A DNA stretch of 63,985 nt, the filler included, from Alloascoidea hylecoeti (taxonomy: Eukaryota), in assembly GCA_001600815.1 (NCBI GenBank). It is 4 parts of 4 records of this genome, joined end to end, with 100 filler letters (N's around TTAATTAATTAA, not from the genome) between each part and the next. Parts side by side here need not be neighbours in the genome. Positions count along the whole stretch, not along the records: positions 37,182 to 59,597 come from BCKZ01000049.1; positions 59,698 to 63,985 come from BCKZ01000064.1; 2 more parts are not named here. One strand, written 5' to 3'. Shown here one piece after another: positions 49,664-63,917 of this stretch. The position numbers and the translations under genes were made by a program. Numbering within the stretch: the first letter of the stretch is position 1; each line of letters opens with the position of its first letter. The notes beneath the pieces were generated by a model. That model searched no databases. It was given only the letters and a program-made list of their open reading frames with translations, and was not told where the DNA came from.

Positions 49664-52329
49664 ATAATCCAAATTTTATATTATTGTTGCTTCTTTTTTG
49701 CTTTATAATTTATATTATTTTGATATAAATAAGTTGACTTTTTCACTATATTTTATTTGACTGTTTTTCTTATTATTCCTGGTACTGATATCAATTTTTG
49801 ATTAATTAGTTGTTTGCAATTGTTCTTATCATGTTGTTACTGACATCAAGTTACTTTCATTTTTATGTTTCATTTTATATACTCAAATTTAATTTATATA
49901 AACTTTCCAGCCCTAGTTGACACCTCAATTATATATAAATCCGCATTTGAATTTCAATATCAAGCTTTGTTTTTTTTTTAGATATCTGTCCTAACCATGA
50001 TATTACATGTCCTTATTTTTCTTAAGAAAAAGAAATATTATTGATCTTATGCATCAAAAGTAAACGTCATGTCGTAAATAATCACTACTTTGAATTTTAT
50101 ACAAATAATATTCTATGTTATGCTTATAATTTTATATTATTTATTATTTTTCTTTATTCTTATTGATATAATATTACAAAGGTAAATTCAAGAATCATTC
50201 CACTTAATTTCAGCCATCGGATGATTAGATAAATAATCGACCACATGATGGCCAAATATTCTGCTTCGTTGTTTAATTTCTGCCCGCTTATCCCGTGACT
50301 GATTAAGTAGAATTAACGACTGTAGCACATCGAAAACATAATACACAAATCTTCTATACCGGTTATGTATGTTACTTCTAGGTATCTATTATATCTATCT
50401 ATTTGTCAGAATTTCTGACCAGGGCGACGCACGTACGTAAATTTCTAAGTTATATTGTATAGCTTGAAGGTGATCAAGCTTAAGAAGTACTAATGTCCTG
50501 TGAACTGTTATTAGTATGAATGCACGTTATTGTCCAAGTCGCAAGTGAGAATGGAGCTTCCCAGATTACTCTGTCCAACAATAAATTCCGGCTGTTGACT
50601 ATAAATAGGAACTGTATGTTCCTATGGTTCAACCTAGTTTAGTCTCCCGTAATTGTGTTTTGGATTTCGTTATACCACATTTTGATAAAAATGTAGTGCT
50701 CTTTCTTTCTGGTTGTTGTTTTCGTAATACGATTCTTAACCTTATTGAAAACCAAAGGGAATGTCCCACAATTGTATGAATTAGTCTCTTAAAAAACATA
50801 TACTTACATTATCAGAAGTTGATATAAAGCAACATTATTTGTGAGAAATCCCGCACATCTATTTAATGAATGCCTATAGTAACCAGCAGGCTAGATATAT
50901 TTCAGAATTCAAATGAACATTAGTTTACTTAGGACTATTAATTAAATGATACCGTTCCAATAAAAAATAGAAAACTCGATTTATTGTTACACAAATCTGT
51001 TAACTAATTCTTTAATTTAAACATGACACATCTCCTTTTAGTAAAAAGGAAAGGCTGTGAATTAAGTCCTAAGTGTTCATAAGTAAATCATCATTAATAT
51101 TAGTTTAAATAGTTTAATATATTAAGAGAGCAAAACCCCCTCTAGTTTTAGTTCTTCACTTTTCTCATTTTACTTTACTTTACTTTATACTTCATATAGG
51201 TTGGAAACTCTAAGGCGATGACGCAGTGGGAAACGCAAGCCCGGGAAAAATCTACCAAACTTACGGATTACATAGATTATATAAGTATTTGCATAATAAT
51301 TAGATAATCAAGTTTTGGGTCTTCAAGAAAGGATCGTTTAATCTTGACTAATTATTGGTTGAGCTGAAAAAGTGACAAGTCGCGACAGTAGACAAGTTTC
51401 AGGCAGTTTATCACTTTTGGCTGAGTTATTGATAATTGAGTTTTCGACTACCGAGACATGATGAAAGTCTGTGTGGTTTTCTTTTTGCTAGTTGTTCCCT
51501 TTCATGGAAAATTAGTCCCGTGTGCAAATATGTTTACTAAATATTCGGCCAGGTATTGAATATTTTAAATTTCGCAATTTATGTGCCTAGTATTGTTTTT
51601 GATAAGCCCTGTAATTTTACCCGTTTGTTTTATTGATTATGTGAGATCTGTCGTTCTGAAGTAGACATAATGTGAGCGAATATATAATTCAAAGAGTGGT
51701 TGAATATTCAACGTATCAATAGTCCATAAATTTTCATTATTAGGGCCGAAACTTAGTCTATACCATAAATTAAGGGCTAATATTTAGTGATTTAATGGCC
51801 GAAGGCTTAGTCCACCATGTGGTCTACATTAAGTGGAAACATTGTGTAAAAATATCAATAACGTTATAAAGTGGCTAAGAAGAAAAATAAGCGTTTAGAA
51901 TGAAGAAATTAAGATATCCATCAAACTTTTTTCCTTTTTGGCTAATCTTTCTCAGATATTTCGTCCACTAAATTATAAGTTCCACCTGATATAATATCAA
52001 AATATTGGCATCTGGTTTATTTGAGCTGATTTTCTTTCACAACTACCACTATTCCTTGATGTTACAAGGTGCGAGAGTATTAAAATGAATAGATAATAGA
52101 CGATAAATTTGATAGCTATAAGCTAGATGATTGTTTATAATTGAAAAGAAAGTTAAATATTCGCAAACTTAACATTGATTTTACACAACGATGCAAGACC
52201 TAATAGAATATAAATTAAATTAGAAATTATTATAAATTAAGCAAAGTTAATTGCAATATTAATAAATTTATATAGGCAGAGTATACTGTAGATTCACATA
52301 TTTCAATATGTAGAAGTGAGTATGAACAT

Positions 52330-53476
<1,147 letters not shown>

Positions 53477-53676
53477 TTTTCTGGCTTTGATAAATTAAAT
53501 AAATTTAAAGGTGAAAATATAGAAATAGTATTAATATTTATGGTAATGATATCAAATTTATCAAATTTAAAGGATATAAAATAAGAAGAAGGTTTGTGGT
53601 GAAGATGACAGATATCTTTTAAATAATTACATAATTCATTCCTTAGAAATGGTGCACGTGACAATATATTTATTTT

Positions 53677-56600
53677 CTACTTACTATGATGTTTATTTAT
53701 ATAAGCAATAGTTTCTTCAATACAATCATTATTATGCTGATGAAGCTTATCGAATGGTGATAAGTTTGAAGGTGATATCACACCTACACCTGGGAAACTG
53801 TTACTGTTCACAATTGCAGTTGGATATGGTATGTCTGATCCGGATGGCGCTGGAACAGTTAACGGTCCATATGAATCGATTGATATGCGAGAATTAGAAC
53901 GTGCTTGCACATGTGTTGGAATTGATAATTGAATGTGTTTAATGTTTTTAGTGGATGAAAATGATGATAAGGATGATGATGAACTGGGATTTTCAGAATC
54001 ATATAAGTTCATTAGATTATCGTTGAAATTGCTTAATTTTGCAATTGGAAGTTGATTTTTTGGGGCATCTTCAATTGGATTTTGAGGTTGAAATTTTGAA
54101 GGTTCTAAATCACCATTTGCTCTTAACTCTTCGATTTCGTTTAATAGAGCATCACGATCAAATAGACCATCTGTAGAACATACTGAGCTAATACTTGATC
54201 TTCTATTGCTAGTACTACCAGCATTGCTACCATGTTCTTGTCCATCTTTTTGATACATATCCCACCATTCTTTCTCTTTCTTTTTGGAAGGAATCATCCA
54301 ATCCCAAAACCCACGTTTTCCCTTTTTTTCTTTATTTTTCAGTTCTTTTTCTAATGTTTTTTTGGCTTCCTCCAGTTCTTGTATTAATTCCTTTTGTTTT
54401 TGTCTTTGAATATCAAATTCGGCTGTTTGTTCATGATCAGCTTCTCCAAATTCTTCACTGGTTACCTCCCATCCAAGATGTTTTAATATGACTGGCATTG
54501 CTTCACGATATCCCATATGGCCACTTACAAATCTACTACAGTCGAAATTCTCAACACCATAAACTCCTTTTATAGGACCTAATCCACCAATTTTACCCAG
54601 ACCACCACTTGTTGCTCTAAATAAATACCCCAATATCCAATCAGTTTTTGAAAACCCATTAACAAATCTACCACTGACAACCGATTTCGCTAGTGTGTAT
54701 TTTTCCCTATTAACAACTAAAGGTGACCCAAAAAGATAAACATTTTCAATTAAGCCATAGGCTCCCTTTTTAGATAATTCTAATAGACATGAATAAATAA
54801 CTCTTGCACCAAGAGAAAACCCAACTAATGTAACAGGTCTTGCACCTAAACTTTTTGCCATTAATGTATCGGCTAGAATTAATCCAGTTGACCATGCCCT
54901 ATCTAGAGAAACACTCCATGGATTATCTAACAAATAACTCAATTTCGTCAATGCCATTGGTAATTGAATCGAAGACATTAAAGCAATTAAAATTGTCTGT
55001 CCTAAAATCTGCTGTACACTATTTGTTAAAACTTCAGTTGCTACAATATTAATGGATTCTCCCATTGATCTTAACATTGTCGGTTCCCATAATAATGAAA
55101 CAATATCCCCCATTATAGGATCAACTGTCGAGAAAGGTAATCTAATATCATCATCTTTACCTATTGTCCAACCAGAAACTGTGATTATTAAATTAACTCT
55201 TTTATGATTAAGCAGTGGCTGAAATTGAAAAGTTTTAACATATCCAGTTCTTACAAACATTCCTTTCCCTCCAATATGTGCTCCAACAGCCGTTCCAGCA
55301 GTTGTTACAATTGCTGCTCCTCCAGTCCCAGCTAAGAAAGTTCCTGTACCTGATACCCCAATAGTTGTTAGACCAGCCGCTAAACCTGCCCCAATTACTG
55401 GAGCTAATAAACCAGCAGATAATCCAATTACAAGCCCACCACCTATAGTAGCAAGACCAACCATTAAATATGATTTCTTTTGAGTTTTTAATCGTCGGAT
55501 ATTTATTGCATTGGTATTATTAGACCATTTTTGTTGTTCTTGTTCTTGTAATCGTTGATGTTGTTCTAATTCAATATCAATATTAACATGTTGACGATTA
55601 GTATATGAATAATCATTTAAATCATTATCAATATTTGAATTAATCCCTGATTCTAATTCAGATTCTAAATCTAAAGAATCAGTTATTTTCTTTTCAAATT
55701 TGGATATTTCGTGTTCAGAAATTTTAAGGGAATAAGCAATTGCTTTAAGTAATGTTCTTGATCTTGAATCATAAATGGATTCAGATAATAGAACTAAAAA
55801 TAAATCACATAAGATTGTCCAACGTATATCAATTTTAGGATCATCATTATCATTTATCCTTTTATCGATCTTATTAATTATTTCGTCGTCATCAGCATTT
55901 GAATTGAAATCTATTAGATTCGATTCTTCTTCTTTTGTCTTGATGGAAGAAGGTTTATCGATGTTATCATTATTGTTGTTGGTAGTGGTATCTGAATTTG
56001 AAGATCTTGATCCCATTAAAAATAATATTAATTCTTCAATTTCTCCGTTATCACAATTTAATCTTTCAATTATTTTTATTTTTTCTTTTGTAAATTCCAT
56101 ATGTTTATATAAATTATTCATTGTTATTTGAGACCATCGTGCCATTGAATTTTGTGATCCACTTAATCTTTTTGGGAATTTCTTTGAATTGGTTTTTGTG
56201 CTTGTACTTTTACTTCTTTTTATATTTGTATTTGTACTTGCATTTGTATTTAATAATGATGATGACGATGATGATGAAAATGATGATGAAATTGGAGAAG
56301 AAGAAGATTTTATAATTAATTGTGCTAGGCCCGTTGCCATATTTAACATTGATATCTTAACAAGACGAATATATGCAAATTTTTCATCATCCGTCAATAA
56401 ATTCTTAATCGTTTGTAAATTTGTAGTACTCGGTATTTCATTATTTAAATTTGGATTCAAATTTTCATTATAATTAACCCTATATCTGGATCTAGAGGTT
56501 GATCTAGTTATGGAAGCAGCTTGTGAATGCAATTGTGGATCCAAAGATGATGCATATGGTGAATGTTTAAAGTCCTCATTATCGCCTGAAAATTTAGCTG

Positions 56601-57168
56601 TGGATCGTTGTGTTTTAGAAGTGGTCTTGATATGGCCGGTATCACAATCCTGATCGCTTGCTAGCATTGATGAATGCTTCGTTTTTGATTTTATTGATTT
56701 CTTGTTTTTACTAGTATTACCACTTGTGTTTGTTGTGGACGTTACTGTTACTTCATCATCACCATCATCACTACTCCTTGAATGTGAGTCAAATGTTACG
56801 GATCTAGAAGTACCGATACCATATTTATCTAATACAAGTATTGACTCGGGATTACAACCATTCATTAAAGAATTTTTATTGTTTGAAAGTGAAGCGTTGC
56901 AGTTATTGTTTGAAATTGAACCCGGTCTTGCAATACCAAAGGACGTCAACGTTGTAAGTTTATCCACATCTACTTCTTTCATCTTCCCGTTCCCCTTTCC
57001 ATTTCCTTTTCCCTTCATAACACCACTCTTTACTTGCTTTGCTCCTTCTAGGTCAATAGCTGTTATATTAACATTTTCATGAATTTTTGATTTTCCCGCC
57101 TCAGGTTTGAGATCATTATGTAGAGCCAAGTCATCAAGACCGTGCATATGGGACTTTTGTTTTTGCAT
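53677..57168 (-). CDS. MIL1: DUF726/TMCO4-family alpha/beta-hydrolase-like membrane protein (Mil1-like)
   Basis: DIRWTILCDLFL..YDSRSR, GLSAGLLAPVIGAG, LLDNPW, GFSLGARVIY, GHMGYR. Confidence 0.85.
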   Translation of the reverse strand: MQKQKSHMHGLDDLALHNDLKPEAGKSKIHENVNITAIDLEGAKQVKSGVMKGKGNGKGNGKMKEVDVDKLTTLTSFGIARPGSISNNNCNASLSNNKNSLMNGCNPESILVLDKYGIGTSRSVTFDSHSRSSDDGDDEVTVTSTTNTSGNTSKNKKSIKSKTKHSSMLASDQDCDTGHIKTTSKTQRSTAKFSGDNEDFKHSPYASSLDPQLHSQAASITRSTSRSRYRVNYNENLNPNLNNEIPSTTNLQTIKNLLTDDEKFAYIRLVKISMLNMATGLAQLIIKSSSSPISSSFSSSSSSSLLNTNASTNTNIKRSKSTSTKTNSKKFPKRLSGSQNSMARWSQITMNNLYKHMEFTKEKIKIIERLNCDNGEIEELILFLMGSRSSNSDTTTNNNNDNIDKPSSIKTKEEESNLIDFNSNADDDEIINKIDKRINDNDDPKIDIRWTILCDLFLVLLSESIYDSRSRTLLKAIAYSLKISEHEISKFEKKITDSLDLESELESGINSNIDNDLNDYSYTNRQHVNIDIELEQHQRLQEQEQQKWSNNTNAINIRRLKTQKKSYLMVGLATIGGGLVIGLSAGLLAPVIGAGLAAGLTTIGVSGTGTFLAGTGGAAIVTTAGTAVGAHIGGKGMFVRTGYVKTFQFQPLLNHKRVNLIITVSGWTIGKDDDIRLPFSTVDPIMGDIVSLLWEPTMLRSMGESINIVATEVLTNSVQQILGQTILIALMSSIQLPMALTKLSYLLDNPWSVSLDRAWSTGLILADTLMAKSLGARPVTLVGFSLGARVIYSCLLELSKKGAYGLIENVYLFGSPLVVNREKYTLAKSVVSGRFVNGFSKTDWILGYLFRATSGGLGKIGGLGPIKGVYGVENFDCSRFVSGHMGYREAMPVILKHLGWEVTSEEFGEADHEQTAEFDIQRQKQKELIQELEEAKKTLEKELKNKEKKGKRGFWDWMIPSKKKEKEWWDMYQKDGQEHGSNAGSTSNRRSSISSVCSTDGLFDRDALLNEIEELRANGDLEPSKFQPQNPIEDAPKNQLPIAKLSNFNDNLMNLYDSENPSSSSSLSSFSSTKNIKHIQLSIPTHVQARSNSRISIDSYGPLTVPAPSGSDIPYPTAIVNSNSFPGVGVISPSNLSPFDKLHQHNNDCIEETIAYINKHHSK

Positions 57169-58029
57169 AGACAATGAAAAGAAGCTATAAAGAGAGGTAA
57201 TACAGAAAGATTATTAATAAATTATGAAAAAATGGATAATAGGATAGGTAGTAAGAATTAGAAAAGGACAGTAAAAAGAAAGTAAATATAATAATAATAT
57301 ATCCTGAGAGGCTGTTTATATGCAATTATGCATATGTCTGTTGTGTCCCGAATTGCAACCCGAAATCACCGCAAAAGTCATATGTCGCAGCACTTAATTT
57401 CGGCCACTATTTAAGCTAAATATTAGGCCATTTGTAATTAATAAGTTAAATAAAAGAGTATTAGAAAATCATTTGGCCAATTATTTAGTTTATATTGTAA
57501 CCAAAATTAAGTAATTGAATGAATTATTTGATTTATTTTGAACGTATGATAAAACTTAATTGAACACACAAAATTATCGATCATTAATAATCATCTCAAT
57601 AAAAATGCTATGATTTTATGTTTATAGAACTGTTGATGTCAGGTCTCATATATTTATATTTAGTTTTACTATCTATATACAATGGAATCAGCTAAGCTAA
57701 TTATTTATTTTACATGAAGATGAATTTGAATAATGAAAAAAAATATTAAAAATAAATGAAACTATGGAATATTTATAATCAAACCAATCTAACCCTTTAA
57801 AATTTTAAAATGAGGGATTGCCATTGATCATGGGTTGGTGGGATCGGATTTCGTTTCGTTCTCAATCACTTCTTAATTAGCATNTTTCTTACCCAAGGGA
57901 CACATTTTGGAATAATAGATCAAAATTTGCAAAAACACAAGGTATTATTAAGAATCGTGAGTTCCCACAGATACACTAATAGGGACATCAAATAGCATAG
58001 ACTTGTAAATATGGTGGTTTAATATATTT

Positions 58030-59210
58030 AGTGTAGAAGTTTTAAGTTTATTTTTTGATTTTGTTACACTAGCACACCATGGTCAACATTATTATCATCG
58101 TTAGAATCGCGAATATAATACTGTGATGGTCCTGAGCCTAATTTTCTTTTCAAAGCTTTGAGACACGGCTCCCTAGGCTGAGATGTACATATAATGTGAA
58201 AATCCAATTTATATGATCTTCCTAAACGATTAGTGTCAAAATCTGGAACCAAATAAGAAGTTGTTGTGGGTAACTGATTATAAAATCCTTCAAATTTGGT
58301 ATCCCCCGTTTTTTGGTCGTAATGGGGAAACCAGAGACTCCAAAATACATTCTTTGGAACCATATTTGTCGGGATATATTTTAAAGAGCCTTATCTAATA
58401 GGATCTCGAATTCACTTTCGATAATTTATTGTTGATTACTAAATACACACTCAATTTAGTAATAAATGGTAGGTCAGGCAGATACTACTCCAACAACAGA
58501 TATGGGACTGAAGGTGAACTTCAATGGAAAGGTTTTTGTAGATTCAGGAGCTCCAGAGTTTGGAGTTGAAGTTGTTGATGATTTATAAGTCGTTTACATT
58601 AAATTCAATTTTGGAATATAATATATACAGTGGGTTTAGGTAATGTTGATTGTATTTCAGGTAAAAAATTATTTTCCCATCCATGTTGAAAATAAATATG
58701 AGTTGGTGACGACCAAGGTCCGCGTAAGACACCTACAAAAGGGGAAATACAATTAGCAGTAGTTTCCAGATGCTGGAGTAGCCTGTATAAAGGAACATTA
58801 GCAAGGTTGAACTCGTACAACACTTTCAGTATTGTATTTGAATTGAATAATATTGTTATTATTAATTAGAANGGTTTTTAGATAGCTCTTTATCAAAATC
58901 AAACTTAGGGCAATTGTTAGCAGCAGATGACTCAGAAGTGGTACTTGAGGATTTCGATCTCCATTTTTTTTATGATTTCCTTCCATCTGCAAATGATATA
59001 AATCACAAAAACGACACCCATTGATAAATCGAAATCCGTTGCGTTTAGAAGAACCATTTCCAAAACTTGGAGCTGAAATTGTATCACTACTATATCGCTC
59101 GTCTGCCATTGGGATAACAAAACTGAAAATTAACGTCACAAAGCCTTTAATAGTATCACCACTTGAATAAAACGGTTTCTCATTCTCGATGGATACATCA
59201 AGATAAACAA
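58030..59210 (-). pseudogene. Arrestin-fold protein pseudogene, copy 2
   Basis: LDVSIENEKPFYSSGDTIKGFVTL (arrestin-N-like) and PDFDTNRLGRSYKLDF (arrestin-C-like) lie in broken frames. Confidence 0.6.
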
Positions 59211-59459
59211 AATTTAATAAGATAAATAATTGTTTTTCATGTCAATGAAGCTTCAATTCCTGGCCATTATTATGTTTTGAAATTTTATTATTTACATTTC
59301 ACTACATAAAATGAAAAATAATAGACCGTATATTAAAAAACTCAGTATTTGTAAATAGCAATGATTATAGAACGTGTAGAGATATATGCGGTTAAATAAA
59401 ATATATGTTGTACAGTAAACAGGATATAATAAATATACACATAATAATACTAGATTTTA

Positions 59460-59597
59460 TTAATTTCTTTTTCTCTTTGTAAGCTTCCGTCTTTTACTTT
59501 TATTAGCTTTTTTTTTAAGTTCTTCAAGTTCTGCTTCTTTTTTTTCTATGCATGTTTTTTTACAAGATTTTAGTCTTTCCACATCCCAATCCTGTTT
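59460..59597 (-). CDS. C-terminal 45 codons of an unidentified gene truncated by contig end
   Basis: Open frame KQDWDVERLKSCKKTCIEKKEAELEELKKKANKSKRRKLTKRKRN*. Confidence 0.4.
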   Translation of the reverse strand, partial: KQDWDVERLKSCKKTCIEKKEAELEELKKKANKSKRRKLTKRKRN

Positions 59598-59697
59598 NNN
59601 NNNNNNNNNNNNNNNNNNNNNNNNNNNNNNNNNNNNNNNNNTTAATTAATTAANNNNNNNNNNNNNNNNNNNNNNNNNNNNNNNNNNNNNNNNNNNN

Positions 59698-59983
59698 CCG
59701 ACAGAGTGGTTCAATAATAGGTATCTGAAATGATGCTTAATGTACACTCGGAAATAAAATATATAATATATACATATGTATAATATATCACAAGGCTTAT
59801 TATATATTAAAATAAATAAACTAAACGGCCGTTTAGGCGGGAAATAGATTCTAATTTTGATATTCAGGATAATGATTATATAGATATAAATAATAAGTAC
59901 ATGGTACGATTTATGTTAACACATCCTTATCTATCTTTAAGGTATCCCGGTAATCCCGGGTCATAAGTTGTATTTTTATTTTG
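59698..59983 (+). mobile_element. 3' part of a mitochondrial group I intron (subgroup ID-like) at cob position ~429
   Basis: CCGACAGAGTGG...CTGAAATGATGCTTAATGTACACTCGG core; terminal G directly before the cob codons ATVITNL. Confidence 0.75.
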
Positions 59984-60011
59984 GCAACTGTTATTACAAA
60001 TTTATTTAGTG
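59984..60011 (+). CDS. cob: Cytochrome b micro-exon (28 nt, ATVITNLFS+G)
   Basis: Matches the conserved cyt b motif GATVITNLFSAIP. Confidence 0.92.
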
Positions 60012-63000
60012 GTGCGGCGGAGGCTCACCTTTCTCTTTCTCTATTATCCATAAACGAGAATATCCTAAGCAAATTGGTAGCGATGACCTTTGTAGGGTTG
60101 TTATTGTTGACGTCCTTAATTAGGTTTAGCAGAAATGCTAAAAGAAATATTATTGAACTACAGAGATACGCTGGCTCAGTAGGTGGATTAGATAATATAT
60201 TGTATTACATACCTTATGTGTATGTTGTAATTCGAATTATTAAAGAAGAAATTCCAAATGTAAAACGAATAGGATCGGAGATAGCAGGACACAAAGATAG
60301 CAGAAAAGGATTAGTTTTGTTCAACATAATTAGTTATGACAATAAAATTGATATATGAGACCACGCTATACTAGTAATGGTAATATTAATTATAGCTAAA
60401 CTAATAGTTAGTATTATTATTATATTTATAATTCTCAAAATAATGGGTTTTATAAAGTTCGTGTTACCGAAACACGTGGTATACGATGAAAGTAGGAAAA
60501 TGACTTTCAAGGAAAATTTGGCTAAACCTTTCGAGGTAAATAAGTATGGTGAATTAACATCGATGACTCGTAGATTTTACTCTACCAAAGTTGATAAGGA
60601 GCACAACGACTACGAAACCGTTATGTATCTATTAGCCCAGAGTGAAAGAGAGTTGGAGCAAAGGACTGCCCCTCTTATAATTGAAAACTTAAAAAGCAAT
60701 ATTTGACCGATGGAAAACGTCAATATTAGATCTAACATAAATAAATATGTTAAACTTTTAAGATTACATCTAGCCTTAATGTCGTCTTGTGAATTTAACA
60801 CAAGATTCAGTACTATTCTCAAGTTCAAAGATGGTGTCATTATTTATGATTCAACGTCTGAATATGACTTAAAGACTTACAAAGTAGGTTATAAATATGG
60901 AAATACTAATCCTGATATTAATATCCCTGATCGGAGTGTTTTATCTGTTCATGAAAGGTGAAAAGATATTTTAATAGAAGGACAACGAGGAATAGAATCT
61001 CTTCTGCTGAAGGTTTATGCTATTGATCTTATTTCTAAATCAGAAGGTAGATTTTCTCCAGGTATAGATGGTAAAGCGTTCATGAAGCTTCCAGGTAAGT
61101 TAGTAAAATCCAATAAGGAAGGAGCCGAAAGATTAGTATCCCGTAAGAAAGAGATTTCTGACATAATAAGCCTAAAATATGATAAAGTTGATCAAGCTAT
61201 CCGACGTAAAGGTATAGATAATCTTACTACCAGAGAGAAATTTAAAATATGATTAAATACTACTAAAGGAACTAACTATGTTAACTCTCTGAAGGAAATA
61301 TATAAACAAATGGATAATGTACCGATGGAATTTGTTAATAACGAAATTAAATTAGTGGATAAGAATAACAAAGAATTAATGTTCGAACTAATAAATAGTT
61401 TGAAACCTACATTAATGAAACGTTATAAATCTTCCCCGGTTAAGAGAGTATTTATACCAAAAACGAAAGGTAAACAAAGACCATTAGGAATTCCCACAAT
61501 GAAGGATAGAGCTATTCAGATGCTATTCAAGTTAGTTATGGAAGCATATCTGGAGGTTTTAGGTGACGAAAGATCATTCGGTTTTCGACCCGGTCGTAAT
61601 ACTCATCAGGCAACTAACGTATTAAATGGACTGTTATTATATAAATCGGGATCTAAACATAAGGAATCATTAGGCCGTACAAAGAACTTCGTATACTATA
61701 CTAAAGCAAGTAAAAATAAATATGCCTCAACATACTTTAATCCATTATATATAATTGATGCCAATATTAAAGGTTGTTTTGATAATATTAGTCATGATTG
61801 ATTGATAAATAATACTCCTATGCCTAATGGTTATGAGTTCATTCTTCCTAAATTATTAAAGGTAGATATTATAGCTAAACGATCAGATATACCTCAAGAA
61901 ATCCTCCCCTCAATCCCAATAAATATTTATAACGGTAAAAATACTGAAATGTTAACTATAACGAAAGCTATAGATAATAATAAAGGTATACCACAAGGTG
62001 GAATAATATCGCCCTTGCTGATGAATTGAACTCTAGATGGATTAGATTTATTTGTACGTACAGTTGCGCAAACAGTTGCTTCTAATAATAGTTCAAGATA
62101 TATTAATTGAGCCAAATATCAAAGATTTATGTACTTAAGCAAACTCCATAATTGGGATTTACGTAACTCTAAGATTAAAGATATGACTCATGTAAGATTA
62201 TTTAAAGCTACTTGAATGGTAAGATATGCGGACGATTTTATAATAGGAACCAGAGCAAAACAAGCCTCAGAGGTTATCTTCTCTAGACTAAACGAGTTTT
62301 TAGGAATAAGAGGTTTAGAATTATCTCCTGAGAAGACACGTAAGCTTAAGTGAAATATGGGATCTAAATTAGATTTTCTTGGATGAACTCATCATAATTT
62401 TATCCCTAAAACGGTCAATTGAATGATTAGAACAGCCCCTAGAACATTTACTAATAGATTTGATTATGTTGGTTTATTTACTTACCCTGCAAAGGAAAAT
62501 ATAAATAGATTTAGAACAAATATCCAAAATATAACTAGTTACTCTAACACATTCAAGGATGATAAAACAATAATACAAGAATTAAGATATTTAATACTAG
62601 GATGATCCAACTATTATAGTCCGGCGTCCCGACTTGGAAGACTAAGAACGAGCTTAGATTGATATATAAATCGATGCTTCAAAAGATGAGTATATAAAAA
62701 ATACCAAAGAGGTTTCTTCAATAATTATTCAAGATTATTCATGGACTCTAAAGGAAAATTTAAACAATCACCGGGGCTTACATCAAAAACAAATAAAAAT
62801 CAAACCTTTATTATACCTCGATTATGAAAGTTAAATTCTCCGGGAGCATGAACTGTTATGCATCCTATTAAAGAGCTATTGAGATTTAGTTTTATAACCA
62901 ATCCAGTACCCTATATAAAAAGAGCATTACAAATAAGTACCTTGCGAGGAGATGTTAAAGGTAAATTAATAGTTAAACAAAATAATACTTGTCCAGGTTG

Positions 63001-63796
63001 TAATAAAATACTTGTTGACTGGGATCAATTAGTAATACTTGATACAGAAAGCTTAGAAAATACTTATAAAAACATGAATGAAAATTTAATAGATTTAAGT
63101 GAAAACGATTTCGGCCCTAATGATTTAAATATTGAAAGTAAATCAAATGAATCAATTAATAATGTTCCAACTCTTTTCAAAGATATTGTTACTAAAAAAA
63201 TCAGTCTTTTTGAAAGATATACCATTGATTGATCAAGAGATATACAATTAGATCATATAATTCCTAAGGGTCTCGGAGTTAAGAATACACCTATGATGGA
63301 CATATTCAATTCAATAGGTAATCTTCAGCTAATTCATAAGGATTGTCATCAAATTAAGACAAAGGACGATTTAATTTTAATCTCTGTGGTTAAATTAGTG
63401 GAAAAACTTACGCTTTATCGTAAGACTAGAAAATTTAATTCTACAGAGTCTTTATCTTTAATTAGATATGTAGCTTTGATTATTATTTTAGAGTCTTGAA
63501 TAAAAAATGAAATACATGAATTTATACCACGTAATAGAGTAAATATTGCAACAGTTAAAAAAATCCTTAATTATTGTAAAAATGAGATTCTGACAACTTC
63601 AGTGGACTTAAATACTCTAAAACTTCATAGTAAGGATAAATATAGTTGAGTATCTGAGTTAGAACTTGAGCAAAATAAGATGTTTAAGGCCAGAGAATAT
63701 TCTGCATCAATATTATATTGTAATACTGGATTTAATGCAGCCTCTAAACTTATACATAAAAATCTGAAAACATTATCTCAATCAGGTAATACATAG
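60011..63796 (+). CDS. Intron-encoded RT/maturase/HNH protein, in frame with the upstream cob exon (TGA=Trp)
   Basis: One continuous frame when TGA=Trp: SPGIDG, RVFIPK..RPLGIPTMKDR, SFGFRPGR, GCFDNISH, GIPQGGIISPLL, RYADDF, FLGW, X domain GWSNYY, CPGC..DHIIPK..NLQLIHKDCHQIKT; TAG at 63794-63796. Confidence 0.92.
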
Positions 63797-63917
63797 ACAT
63801 AACAAAATTTTCCTAAGAGCCGTATGCATTGAAAGGTGCAAGTACGGTTCTGTGGTGGGGCTACAACCTATTCAAAGATGTAATAATCTTTTTAAGAGTT
63901 GTTTCGTCTATACCAAG
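60012..63917 (+). mobile_element. Mitochondrial group II intron in cob (~position 457)
   Basis: 5' GTGCG; domain V GAGCCGTATGCATTGAAAGGTGCAAGTACGGTTC at 63817-63850; domain VI with bulged A at 63910; removal restores G|CT (Ala) in FSAIPFIG. Confidence 0.93.

Noticed and set aside
49700..52200. Possible hidden gene or TE in the RIM15-SEC4 intergenic region
   Set aside because: No supportable ORF, LTR or TIR found; only the degenerate 24-bp motif was recognisable
60377..63499. Series of short ORFs suggesting a fragmented RT pseudogene
   Set aside because: All are in one frame separated only by TGA (Trp in the mitochondrial code), forming a single ORF
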